A stretch of 62,971 nt of DNA, filler included. It is 6 parts of 6 records of this genome, joined end to end, with 100 filler letters (N's around TTAATTAATTAA, not from the genome) between each part and the next. Parts side by side here need not be neighbours in the genome. Positions count along the whole stretch, not along the records: positions 49,535 to 57,394 come from DRR378314_2291; positions 57,495 to 62,971 come from DRR378314_2341; 4 more parts are not named here. One strand, written 5' to 3'. Below are positions 53,887 through 62,971 of the stretch, piece by piece. Both the position numbers and the translations under genes were made by a program. The notes beneath the pieces are model-generated. The model ran no database searches, was not told the DNA's origin, and saw nothing but the letters and a program-made list of their open reading frames with translations. The stretch's first letter is position 1, and the number at the start of each line of letters is the position of its first letter.

Positions 53887-56800
53887 ATGTCCAGCGATCA
53901 AGGCGCACGCGGCACGCAGCGACGGTACTCGCGCGAGGCGCTGCTGTCCCTCTTCGAGCAAGGTGTGTGCGAGGCAGCTCTCCAGCCTTCTGCCGCGCCT
54001 CTGGCATACGCGCGGGCCCGCATGGAGCGGGCGACCTAGCGTGCTGGATATTGCAAGGTATTTCGACTCTCTCTCTCTCGCCCACTGGTTTGTACTTTCC
54101 CTCATCTTCGTGTCTTGTACACTTTCAAAGTCTTAGACGGTTCCCCTGCGCTCGAGTACGCTTGGCTTTGTGGCGAGTTCGTTGTTCTGCAGATCGTGCT
54201 GCAGGTATGCTTTGGCTGTGCAAGGGGGGGCCTCCCGCGAGCGGGCGACTGCGCTCGCAAGCACGTGCTTCCGCCCGCCCATCCGCCTCCGGTGCTCGCA
54301 GCGCGCATCCCTGTGCAAGCATCGGAACGTTGATTCCATTGCAATGAAGACATTGTCATTGCAGTACTTCGCAATATTATTGTCATGAGTACCGGCTACC
54401 TCCCAGTAGGAGGCGAAATGCTCCCACGACGGAGACTTCTGCTGTTCTTGTTGCTCGTTGCGCAGCGCAGCGCGCGCCTGTAGCGCTCGCTGTGCTGTGC
54501 CTCCTGCGTAGCAACGATGCGATGCATGATTGATACAGTTACACCCAACCCAGATTTCGTACTTAATTTCATGTTCGCATTCCACTGCACGCTTCATTGA
54601 TCTATTCTGAGGTCGCACATATGAGCAGGTGAGATTGGCGGTTTGCTGAAAGAGGACCACGCTGACTTGCTGCACGCTGCGCTTGTGCACAGGGCGCGAC
54701 TTGGGGTTTCCCGAGCATCTTGCAGGAGTCAATTATCTCATTTCTTCGCGCGAAGCTCTGGATCCCGTGTCGAATGCATACGAGGGATCACTTGCAGAGG
54801 TGCGAGTGAGTGGGAATTCTTCCGCTTCTTGTCCAACCATGCAGAAGGACCGCGCTGCTTGTCTGTGATACCGCCTGGACTGCGCGCTGTTGGGCGCGTG
54901 GGTTGGCGGAGGGTTGGTTTTCGTGAACGCTTGGTCGCTCTTCTCTGCAAGCATGGAGCCGCGCTTTGTCGTTTTTTTTGCTTCAGTTGTAACAGAGATT
55001 CTTCTGCGAAGTAGGCGGGTATTTTGCGACCTTGGTTGGCGACGCTCTGAGCGTCTCTGCGTTCCGTGTTTGCCCCGCTGCCGATACGTGTGTGCAGCAC
55101 CCGCACGCGTTTGTGCATGACCGGCACGCCAGGGGACGTGGCCGCGGAATCGGGCCGAGGAGAGGCGGCCGATTCGATGGCAGCGCCCGGGCGAAAGCAT
55201 TTGGACACGAGCGGGAGCAAAAAGAAAGGTACGTGTTCTCTGTAGGCGCGCAGGAATGCCGATCGCTCGGGTCACGTGCGCTTGCGTTCCTTCGTGGCTG
55301 CCTGTAGCGCCGACGCGCTGCCCAAGCTGCCCAAGCTGCGCAAGCTGCGCAAGCCCAAGCCGTTGGCGTTCGTCATCCGGCCGCAAGCTCGCCTTGTCGA
55401 TTGCATCTGTCATGTTCTGATTTTTCTTTAGTTCTCCAACCGCTGATAATTGGATCGGCATGCTGTTTGCGATAGAATTTGCGAATTGGGCGCGACGGCT
55501 CCAGTTTCCCGTCGAAACGAATACGTCACGGAAGGGTTGACCAAGCGGTCTCCGCGAGGCTCCTTAACACCACTGTAGTTCTTACATCCTGCGCGAGTGT
55601 GCACGTTGCGTCTCGTTACGCATGCGCATGGCACAGTTCTTTGTCGCGGATCGCTCTCCACCCACTCATGGCAGCTTCATGGCACGAACAGAATTTCTCC
55701 CTTTGTAAGGCAATGGCCCTTTTGGCTTCCTTTTTTCTTCGTGCTGTGCGTCCTTGCTTGGATTTTCCACCTAGAAGATCGGTTTGGAGTGTGATGAATT
55801 TCGCAGAAACACTGTTGTGTGGGTGCGGGTGACGGGAGTGTAGTGCGATATGTTCTCCAACCGCGAACGCGTGTCATCTATTCGCGAGGTGTCGGCTTGC
55901 AGATCTGCTCCCGCTTGCACAGGGTTTTTTCCCTCATGTCCCTACACGCGTAAGGCTGACATTATATCCATACCGATGTGTCTTTTTGTTGTCCTTTTTG
56001 CTCATGGTATTTCATCAAGTCGCTCATGGCGGCTTGGAACTGGAGAACGCCTTTCTGGCGGTTTCGAGCAGCGGCCGCGGGGCCCATCATTTGGCTCGAG
56101 CTCGTTTGAATCTCAATCAGGTAAGTTTTATGCCAAGCGCTGGCGGCACACCTTAGGGCACTATGTACCCATTGCACTACGTGCTGCTCCTAATGCATGC
56201 TGTCATCAGAGTTACTTTCGTGCTCGCTTCTCGTTGTCGTGGAGCTCCGGAAACACGCGGCAGTGCGCTCTGGGATTGCGCGTTTTGGTAGATCAAGCAA
56301 ACTGTGCGTCGTAGTGCACCGCGATGCTTTTTCGTCCTTGCTGCACCCTCAGAGCGCGGTATCCGGCACGCCGCTAGACTGTACGGCACTGTTCTGTCTA
56401 CATAATGAATTGCAACGTGTGTTTATGTTATACTTGACAAGACCCGGATGCTGTCATTGTAGGGGGAACCAACGCATTTGCAACCCACCCTATGTATAGT
56501 TTCTGACTTGAAACACGTACCTGCTATTCCGATGGGCGATCCGCGTCTGCAAATCGCGCTTCCCGTACAGCGTCGAACGCTGTGGGGAGCGAACGCCACC
56601 GGAAACCTTTCTCCACGAGTTCAGGTCATGCTAAAAACAGCACGGATCGGCCAGAGCGCGTATCTGGCCGAGGTCCAGCAGGGAGCACTGAAGCTCCCCA
56701 CGTACCACATGCGGAGCTGTCACGCGATGACGCTTCCTCAAGTCCTGCTCCGACGGCTGCTGGCGACGAAGGGGAACAATTCGGAAACCAGCGTGGAGCA

Positions 56801-57394
56801 AAACCACGCCAGCCGTCGACTTCAGATTTGAAACAGGACCCGGTGCAGGATGTCAAGCAGCCACACAACGAGGAACTCTCAGAGAAGTCGTGGTTTTACA
56901 GAGATCCGCAAGGTGCTGTGCAAGGGCCGTTTTGTTGGCGAGATCTAGACGGCTGGCACCGCGAGGGGTATTTCAACGCCAGTCTTCCAGTGCGGTTCGG
57001 GTTCGAGGCACGTGCTCCGTTTCTTCCGCTTGCTGCGTTTGTTATTCCCGGCGAGCGCGACTTGACTCTTCCAAACGGAATCAAGTTTTCGCAGTTGCAG
57101 CCGCCCGGACTTCCCGTCGCGCTGCCTTTGATGGGCGGAATACCGATACAGTCCCACGGTGCGCAGACCGCTGGCAGTCCGGGCATGCAGCCTCCTTTGC
57201 ACCAGATGGCTGCGCATAGTGCTCCGATTGGCACTGCTGCTGTATTGGGAGTACGCCCGGATGGCCAATCGTATGCACAGGGTTCACAAGAAGAGCAGGA
57301 GCGGCGGAGTCAGATGCAGCAGGAGCAGCTTTGGCAGCAGCAGATGCGACAGGAGCAGATGCGGCAGGAGCAGATGCGACAGGAGCAGGCGCGG
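53887..57394 (+). CDS. GIGYF/Smy2-like GYF-domain protein (multi-exon, 3' end cut by contig end)
   Basis: Exons 53887-53962 (RRYSREALLSLF), 54693-54799, 55098-55228 (RGG-rich), about 56020-56120, and 56571 onward. GYF domain WFYRDPQGAVQGPFCWRDLDGWHREGYF; Q-rich tail. Some middle exons are unresolved. Confidence 0.82.
57311..57394 (+). repeat. 15-bp coding tandem repeat (QMRQE)n
   Basis: Three clean CAGATGCGRCAGGAG copies plus degenerate copies, running into the contig break. Confidence 0.85.
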
Positions 57395-57494
57395 NNNNNN
57401 NNNNNNNNNNNNNNNNNNNNNNNNNNNNNNNNNNNNNNTTAATTAATTAANNNNNNNNNNNNNNNNNNNNNNNNNNNNNNNNNNNNNNNNNNNN
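57395..57494. other. Artificial contig-joining spacer
   Basis: Same 100-nt linker. Confidence 0.99.
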
Positions 57495-57547
57495 TTATGC
57501 TGCATGGCGTGAGTTTTCCTAACGATACAGCACTCACAACGACTCTG

Positions 57548-57577
57548 AAAAAACCAGGCACATGCCTGGTTTTTTTT
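57548..57577. terminator. Intrinsic terminator (bidirectional)
   Basis: AAAAAACCAGGC-ACAT-GCCTGGTTTTTTTT. Confidence 0.9.
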
Positions 57578-57619
57578 ATGCCTGACCATTGCCAACGCGA
57601 GTCGCCACTGACAATGGCA

Positions 57620-57649
57620 TTGACAGCCACCCAACGGCTTCTCTACTAT
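57620..57649 (+). promoter_or_regulatory. Sigma70 promoter of the TRAP operon
   Basis: TTGACA-18 nt-TACTAT, with an AAGGAG RBS near 57750. Confidence 0.65.
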
Positions 57650-57755
57650 CACTCGACCATTAAGCAAAATACAATACCGCACAGCAAAACACGTTAAACC
57701 TAATAGCAAGCAACTAACGTAATCAATAGCGTCATTACAACCACAATAAAGGAGC

Positions 57756-58922
57756 ATGCCAATGCGCCCACTCACTCACTTTCTACTTGTTGCCACCCTA
57801 CCTCTATCACTACTCGGCACCGCAGTAAGCTATGCCAATGAAATTGAACTGCCCGGTACCATGGCCTGGACGGCCTATGGCACTAATTCAAGCGGCTATG
57901 CCCAAGCCGTCGCTATCGGCAACATGCTGCAGAATAAATACGATTCGTCAGTACGTATTCTGCCGGGCGATAACGACGTATCACGTATGACACCACTCAA
58001 ACAGGGCCGCGTTGACCTTTGCGCTTGCGGAATTGCCAGCTACTACGGTGCGGAAGGTGTGATGATGTTTGCCGACCGTGACTGGGGCCCTCAGCCGCTT
58101 CGGGTGATTACCACTTCTACCGCCTCTTTTGGCCTCTCCCTTGCGGTCGCGGGCGACCTGGATGTTGAAACGCCCGCTGACTTAGCGGGCAAACGTATCG
58201 CCTATATCCGCGGCGATGATGCGCTCAATAAAGGCACAGAGGCGTATCTCGCCTTTGGCGGTTTAACCTGGGATGACGTAGAGCGGGTTGACTACCCCGG
58301 CTACGGCCGCTCGTTCGACGGCATTATCGCTGGCGATGTGGATGCCTCGTTTACTACTACCGTTACCCCGCCTGCACAGCAGCTTGCCAGCAGCCCGCGC
58401 GGCATTAGTTGGCCAGTATTGGATCCGGAAAATGAAGCAGGATGGGAGCGCCTAACCGCAGTTGCCCCCTATTTTCGTCCCCATGAAATTACCACAGGCG
58501 CTGGGGGTATTAGCGCCGATAACCCCGTACCAAGCGCTAGTTACCCTTACCCCATCGTGGTCGCCAATCAAGATCTGGATGACAACGTGGCTTATGGCCT
58601 GATCAAGGCCATGCAGGAAAATTTTGACGACTATAAGGACAATGCCCCGGGGGCGCTTGGCTACGCCTTGGAACAGCAAGACCTTCAGTGGGTAGTGCCG
58701 TTCCACGATGCGGTCGTGGAGTACTACAAAGAGATCGATGTATGGACTGATGACATGCAAGCTCATCAGGACAAGCTCGTTGAACGCCAGAACGTGCTGT
58801 TAAGCGCTTGGGAGAGCTTTATGCAAGGCGCACCCAGTGATGATGAGGCATTTACTGCCGAATGGATGGAAGCACGTGCCACTGCGCTTAGCGATGCCGG
58901 TTTCGAACCAATCTTTGAGTGA
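57756..58922 (+). CDS. TAXI-family TRAP solute receptor
   Basis: Signal peptide, WTAYGTNSSGYAQAVAIG, DLAGKRI and VVPFHDAVVEYYKE. Confidence 0.88.
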   Translation: MPMRPLTHFLLVATLPLSLLGTAVSYANEIELPGTMAWTAYGTNSSGYAQAVAIGNMLQNKYDSSVRILPGDNDVSRMTPLKQGRVDLCACGIASYYGAEGVMMFADRDWGPQPLRVITTSTASFGLSLAVAGDLDVETPADLAGKRIAYIRGDDALNKGTEAYLAFGGLTWDDVERVDYPGYGRSFDGIIAGDVDASFTTTVTPPAQQLASSPRGISWPVLDPENEAGWERLTAVAPYFRPHEITTGAGGISADNPVPSASYPYPIVVANQDLDDNVAYGLIKAMQENFDDYKDNAPGALGYALEQQDLQWVVPFHDAVVEYYKEIDVWTDDMQAHQDKLVERQNVLLSAWESFMQGAPSDDEAFTAEWMEARATALSDAGFEPIFE

Positions 58923-58930
58923 TACGCCAC

Positions 58931-58950
58931 GGGGCGGCGCCCGCCGCCCC
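58931..58950 (+). other. GC-rich intercistronic hairpin (possible mRNA stabiliser)
   Basis: GGGGCGGC-GCCC-GCCGCCCC with no U tract, between the SBP and permease genes. Confidence 0.55.
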
Positions 58951-58972
58951 CTGCTGATTGACGGATGTCCCC

Positions 58973-60982
58973 ATGACTACAGATACCTCGCCTGCCAATA
59001 ATCAGCAGGTTAAAGAAAAGATCAGCCAAATTCGTCAGCTTCCTTCTGCGCTGCGCTGGATACCCGCTACGGTCACCGTCATTTTGATGACAATGACCCT
59101 GGATTATCTGTTTAACGTTGGCTTACTGACGTTCGTTACGGGCCTGGAGACGCAGTTCTACTATGCTGTTGTGGCGCTACTGCTACCGCTGGTATTTTTG
59201 CTCTGGCCCATGCGCAGTCGCCAACAAGAACAGTCCATTCCCTGGTACGACTACACATTGAGCGCCATCACGTTTGTTGTGGGCGGCTATTTTGTTTATA
59301 ACGCAGTGCCTATTTTGGAGCGTGGCTGGGCCTTTGCTGCACCTGAGATCGCCATTTATGCCAGCTATGCCTACTGGCTGCTGATTATTGAAGCGGCACG
59401 CCGGGCGGGTGGCTTACCCATTGCGATTATTGCCGGGGTATTCTCGCTCTATCCACTGGTGGCCGATATCGTCCCCGGCCCTATCCAGGCGTTTCCTTCA
59501 ACCCTTGAACAAACCGCCATGTATCACACCATGAGCACCGAAAGCATTATGGGGGTGCCACTGCAGGCATTCGCGGGTCTGGTGATTGGCTTTTTAGTCT
59601 TTGGCGTGGTGCTACAAAAAAGCGGCGGCGGTAAGTTTTTTATTAACTTGGCCTTCGCACTGCTGGGCCATGTACGCGGCGGCCCTGCTAAGGTGTCGAT
59701 TTTCTCCAGCGGCCTGATGGGCTCCATGAGTGGCAGCGTGATCAGTAATGTACTGACCACCGGCGTTTTGTCGATTCCTGCCATGCGCCGTATAGGTATG
59801 AGCCGCTCCTTTGCTGGCGGAGTGGAAGCCTGCGCCTCTACCGGTGGTGTATTAATGCCTCCCGTCATGGGCGCTACCGCCTTTGTCATGGCGATGTTCT
59901 TGGACATTCCCTACTCCGCTGTGGCGCTGGCCGCCGTCATTCCTTCAGTACTGTATTTCCTGGGCCTATTTATTCAGATTGATGCCTACGCGGCGCGCCA
60001 CGACATTAAAGGCTTACCCGCCGTGGAGCTACCTTCACTTGGGCAGACTCTTAAAGAGGGTTGGTACTTTATTTTTGTCTTCGCGTTATTAGTCTGGATG
60101 CTGCTGATTATGCAGCGCGAAGCCGTAGCGCCTTTTTACGCCACTGCGCTGCTGTTAGTGCTAAACCAGCTTTCCAAGCATAACCGTTGGGGCTGGAAGG
60201 ACGTGGCCGACACGCTGTCATCTGCCGCCAAGCTGTTTGCCGAGCTCATCGCTATTTTGGCTGGCGTGGGCATGCTGGTCGGCGCGCTTTCGATGACCGG
60301 TCTTTCTGGCACCATCGCTAACGACTTTATCAATATCGCTGGTGGCAGCGTGCCACTGCTGCTGATTATGGGCGCCGTGACCAGTTTCGTACTCGGTATT
60401 GGCATGACCGTGACTGCCGCCTACATTTTCCTCGCCGTTGCGCTAGCCCCCGCACTGATTCAAGGCGGTGGCCTCGACCCTATGGCAGTGCATATGTTCA
60501 TCCTTTACTGGGGCATGCTGAGTTTTATTACCCCACCGGTCGCTCTGGGGGCTTTTGCCGCTGCCACCGTGGCCGGTGCACGCCCCATGGAAACCGGCCT
60601 ACAGGCGATGCGCCTTGGCAGCGTCATCTACTTCATCCCCTTCCTTTTCGTGCTTAACCCAGCGCTGATCATGCAGGGCGCGCCGCTAATGATAGTGGTC
60701 GTGTTTATCCAGGCGGTCATCGGCATCATCCTGTTTGCTTCAGCAATGCAGGGCTATTTGATGGGGGTCGGACGACTGGGCTATGGCGCGCTGCAGGAGA
60801 TCATTATTCGCGCCCTGGTACTGGTCGCGGGACTATTACTGGCACTGCCTGGCGGTGGAATGATCCCCCTTAGCCAGTGGGAACTGATCGGCCTTGCGCT
60901 TGCTGCACTAGTGCCCGGCGTGTTGATAGCGCGCTTAAGCCAGCGCCACCATCGGCGTACGCAAAGCGCCTCTGCTGCGTAA
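58973..60982 (+). CDS. TRAP transporter fused 4TM/12TM permease
   Basis: GGPAKVSIFSSGLMGSMSGSVISNVLTTG, EACASTGGVLMPPVMGATAF, ITPPVALGAFAAA. Likely ATG at 58973. Confidence 0.92.
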   Translation: MTTDTSPANNQQVKEKISQIRQLPSALRWIPATVTVILMTMTLDYLFNVGLLTFVTGLETQFYYAVVALLLPLVFLLWPMRSRQQEQSIPWYDYTLSAITFVVGGYFVYNAVPILERGWAFAAPEIAIYASYAYWLLIIEAARRAGGLPIAIIAGVFSLYPLVADIVPGPIQAFPSTLEQTAMYHTMSTESIMGVPLQAFAGLVIGFLVFGVVLQKSGGGKFFINLAFALLGHVRGGPAKVSIFSSGLMGSMSGSVISNVLTTGVLSIPAMRRIGMSRSFAGGVEACASTGGVLMPPVMGATAFVMAMFLDIPYSAVALAAVIPSVLYFLGLFIQIDAYAARHDIKGLPAVELPSLGQTLKEGWYFIFVFALLVWMLLIMQREAVAPFYATALLLVLNQLSKHNRWGWKDVADTLSSAAKLFAELIAILAGVGMLVGALSMTGLSGTIANDFINIAGGSVPLLLIMGAVTSFVLGIGMTVTAAYIFLAVALAPALIQGGGLDPMAVHMFILYWGMLSFITPPVALGAFAAATVAGARPMETGLQAMRLGSVIYFIPFLFVLNPALIMQGAPLMIVVVFIQAVIGIILFASAMQGYLMGVGRLGYGALQEIIIRALVLVAGLLLALPGGGMIPLSQWELIGLALAALVPGVLIARLSQRHHRRTQSASAA

Positions 60983-61042
60983 CAGATAGAACGCCAGGGT
61001 TATTTTTTAATTCATTATCACGCGAAATACGAGAGCCTAACT

Positions 61043-62473
61043 ATGTCCGTTCACTACCAGCGCCACGGTGATATAGGCGTTATCCAAATTGCTAATCCGC
61101 CGGTTAATGCCCTGGGTCAGGCCGTGCGCAGCGGCTTAGTCAACGCGCTCAAAGAGTGTATTGCCGACAAAGATGCGAAAGCGCTGGTCGTGCTAGCCGA
61201 TGGCCGCACGTTCATTGCCGGGGCAGATATCCGTGAGTTTGGCAAGCCGCCCCAAGCTCCCCTCCTGCCCGATGTTATTACCCACCTGGAAGCCTGCCCA
61301 AAACCGCTGATCGCTGCCCTGCACGGCACGGCCCTGGGCGGCGGTTTGGAGGTAGCACTCGGTTGCCACTACCGAATCGCGCTGGCAGGAACCCGCGTAG
61401 GGCTACCAGAGGTAAAGCTTGGCCTACTGCCTGGCGCCGGTGGCACACAACGTTTGCCACGCTTAGTTGGCGTTGAGCGGGCGTTAGAGATGATTACCAG
61501 CGGTCGCTTTGTAGAGGCTGAAGAAGCGCTTGAGGCGGGCATCATCGACGCCATTAGCGACGCCAAAACGCCTCTTGAAGCGGGTTTAGCCGCCGCCCAG
61601 GAAGTGCTGGCAGGCGTCCAAACGCCCCGTATCACCGGCCAGCTTCCTGCCCCGGAGGCGAATCCCCAGGCCATCACTAAAACGTTGGAACATCTTAACC
61701 AGCAATCTCCCGAGTTGTTTTCGCCGTTTCGCATTGTCGAAGCGATTCAGGCCTGTGTGGAATCCGAATCACTTGAGGCCGGATTGCGCCGCGAGCGGGA
61801 GCTGTTTCTAGCCTGTATGGACTCCCCCCAGCGCGCCGGGCTTATTCATCTGTTTTTTGCCGCACGCTGCCCGCACCTGGTGCCCGACGTTGAAAAAGCC
61901 AGTGCTTTTAAACACGTTGCACTGATTGGTGAGCATCCGCTCTTTGAATGCCTGCAAAAGGCCGCGCAAAAGGCGGGTATTAGCTTAACCAGCGCACCCG
62001 ACGAGGCCACCGAACTTTGCTTCCTGGCGCCAAATGCCCTCAGAGATTCGGGCAAGGCGTGCCCGGTTATCGCACTGGAAGAGATTGGCGCCGGCAGCGA
62101 CAGCGCCAGTTCCAAAGATAGTGCGCTAAGCCTAATCATTGCTGAAAACGGCCATATCGCTGAGCTAATCAACGTAAGCGCAGAGCCACTTACCCAGCAG
62201 CGAGCCGCACTGACGCTTAAAGCGTTGCGTCTAAACATCGTGGTCAGCCCCCCAAAAAGCATGCTTCGTGCGATGCATGCTGCCATTCAGCAAGCCCCGA
62301 CCAGTGACAGGCAGTCAGCGCTTGAACAGCTGAGTGTCGATATGGCGAAACAGGGCTTCTGCTACCGGGAAAGTGACCTCGATTTGCTCGCGGTGGAAGC
62401 GTTTGGCTATCCGCGTCACCTAGGAGGGCCACACCGTCAGGCCACGCTCTCAACTGCAGCTAAGGATGTATAG
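61043..62473 (+). CDS. Enoyl-CoA hydratase fused to a degenerate 3-hydroxyacyl-CoA dehydrogenase remnant (PimF-like)
   Basis: NPPVNALG, FIAGADIREF, ALGGGLEVALGC, GLPEVKLGLLPGAGGTQRLPRL. The C-terminal half lacks GxGxxG. Confidence 0.85.
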   Translation: MSVHYQRHGDIGVIQIANPPVNALGQAVRSGLVNALKECIADKDAKALVVLADGRTFIAGADIREFGKPPQAPLLPDVITHLEACPKPLIAALHGTALGGGLEVALGCHYRIALAGTRVGLPEVKLGLLPGAGGTQRLPRLVGVERALEMITSGRFVEAEEALEAGIIDAISDAKTPLEAGLAAAQEVLAGVQTPRITGQLPAPEANPQAITKTLEHLNQQSPELFSPFRIVEAIQACVESESLEAGLRRERELFLACMDSPQRAGLIHLFFAARCPHLVPDVEKASAFKHVALIGEHPLFECLQKAAQKAGISLTSAPDEATELCFLAPNALRDSGKACPVIALEEIGAGSDSASSKDSALSLIIAENGHIAELINVSAEPLTQQRAALTLKALRLNIVVSPPKSMLRAMHAAIQQAPTSDRQSALEQLSVDMAKQGFCYRESDLDLLAVEAFGYPRHLGGPHRQATLSTAAKDV

Positions 62474-62476
62474 CCC

Positions 62477-62971
62477 ATGAACCTCACCTTTAGCCCCGGA
62501 GAACAGGCATTTCGCGAACAGGTTCGCCGCTTTCTAGCCGATGCACTGCCCAGCGATATTAGCGAACGCGTACGCCAAGGACGCCACCTGCGTGCAGATG
62601 ATCACCTGCGCTGGCAGAACATCCTCAGCGAACAGGACTGGCTAGCCTCTAACTGGCCAAAAGAGTTCGGCGGCCCAGGCTGGGGGCCGGTACAGCGGCA
62701 TATTTTCGACGAAGAGTGCGCCGCGGCCCATGCCCCTACGGTTGTGCCCTTTGGCGTTAATATGGTGGCCCCCGTCATCATGAAATTCGGCAGTGTCGAG
62801 CAGCAACAGCACTACCTGCCGCGCATTTTGAGCAATCAGGATTGGTGGTGCCAAGGCTACTCAGAGCCCGGCGCTGGGTCTGATTTAGCGGGTCTAAATA
62901 CCCGCGCCGTTCGCGATGGCGACCACTATATCGTCAATGGTCAGAAAACCTGGACCACCCTGGGCCAGCAC
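62477..62971 (+). CDS. Acyl-CoA dehydrogenase, PimC-like (runs off the window end; absent from the ORF track)
   Basis: ATG 62477 MNLTFSPGEQAFREQVRRF...WWCQGYSEPGAGSDLAGLNTRAVRDGDHYIVNGQKTWTTLGQH. Confidence 0.92.
   Translation, partial: MNLTFSPGEQAFREQVRRFLADALPSDISERVRQGRHLRADDHLRWQNILSEQDWLASNWPKEFGGPGWGPVQRHIFDEECAAAHAPTVVPFGVNMVAPVIMKFGSVEQQQHYLPRILSNQDWWCQGYSEPGAGSDLAGLNTRAVRDGDHYIVNGQKTWTTLGQH

Overview
This window is not one locus. It is six unrelated contigs joined by identical 100-nt artificial spacers (N-run + TTAATTAATTAA + N-run). Contigs A (1-9237), D (40709-49434) and E (49535-57394) are from a GC-rich, intron-containing eukaryote that uses the standard code and GT-AG introns with mostly GTRCG donors. 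They encode NAC-alpha, a KOW/Zn-knuckle protein, HAUS5, MSH6, an alkaline ceramidase, an atypical homeodomain protein and GIGYF. Contig B (9338-24662) is a Hyphomonas/Caulobacterales-like alphaproteobacterium: feuPQ-cycH-ccmE-ccmF, a LuxR solo, an MHYT-PAS-GGDEF-EAL protein, a DnaJ-like protein, DUF1203 and the tail half of an RcGTA-like gene transfer agent. Contig C (24763-40608) is Pseudoalteromonas-like: a peptide MFS, an uncharacterised HEXXH lipoprotein, a Fur-boxed Fe(III) ABC operon, an M9 collagenase, LacI, a MITE, sucrose phosphorylase and a sugar MFS. Contig F (57495-62971) is Halomonas-like: a TAXI-TRAP transporter with pim-like beta-oxidation genes. The best leads are (1) a shared HypR-type operator linking an unknown 825-aa gluzincin lipoprotein and a peptide permease to the collagenase, (2) a homeodomain protein with KMT2E/SETD5-like short motifs, (3) a soluble FTR1-ectodomain-like protein heading a Tat-SBP iron ABC operon, and (4) a GTA with a miniaturised hub and tape measure. 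All family and taxon assignments come from motif recognition from memory; no searches were run.
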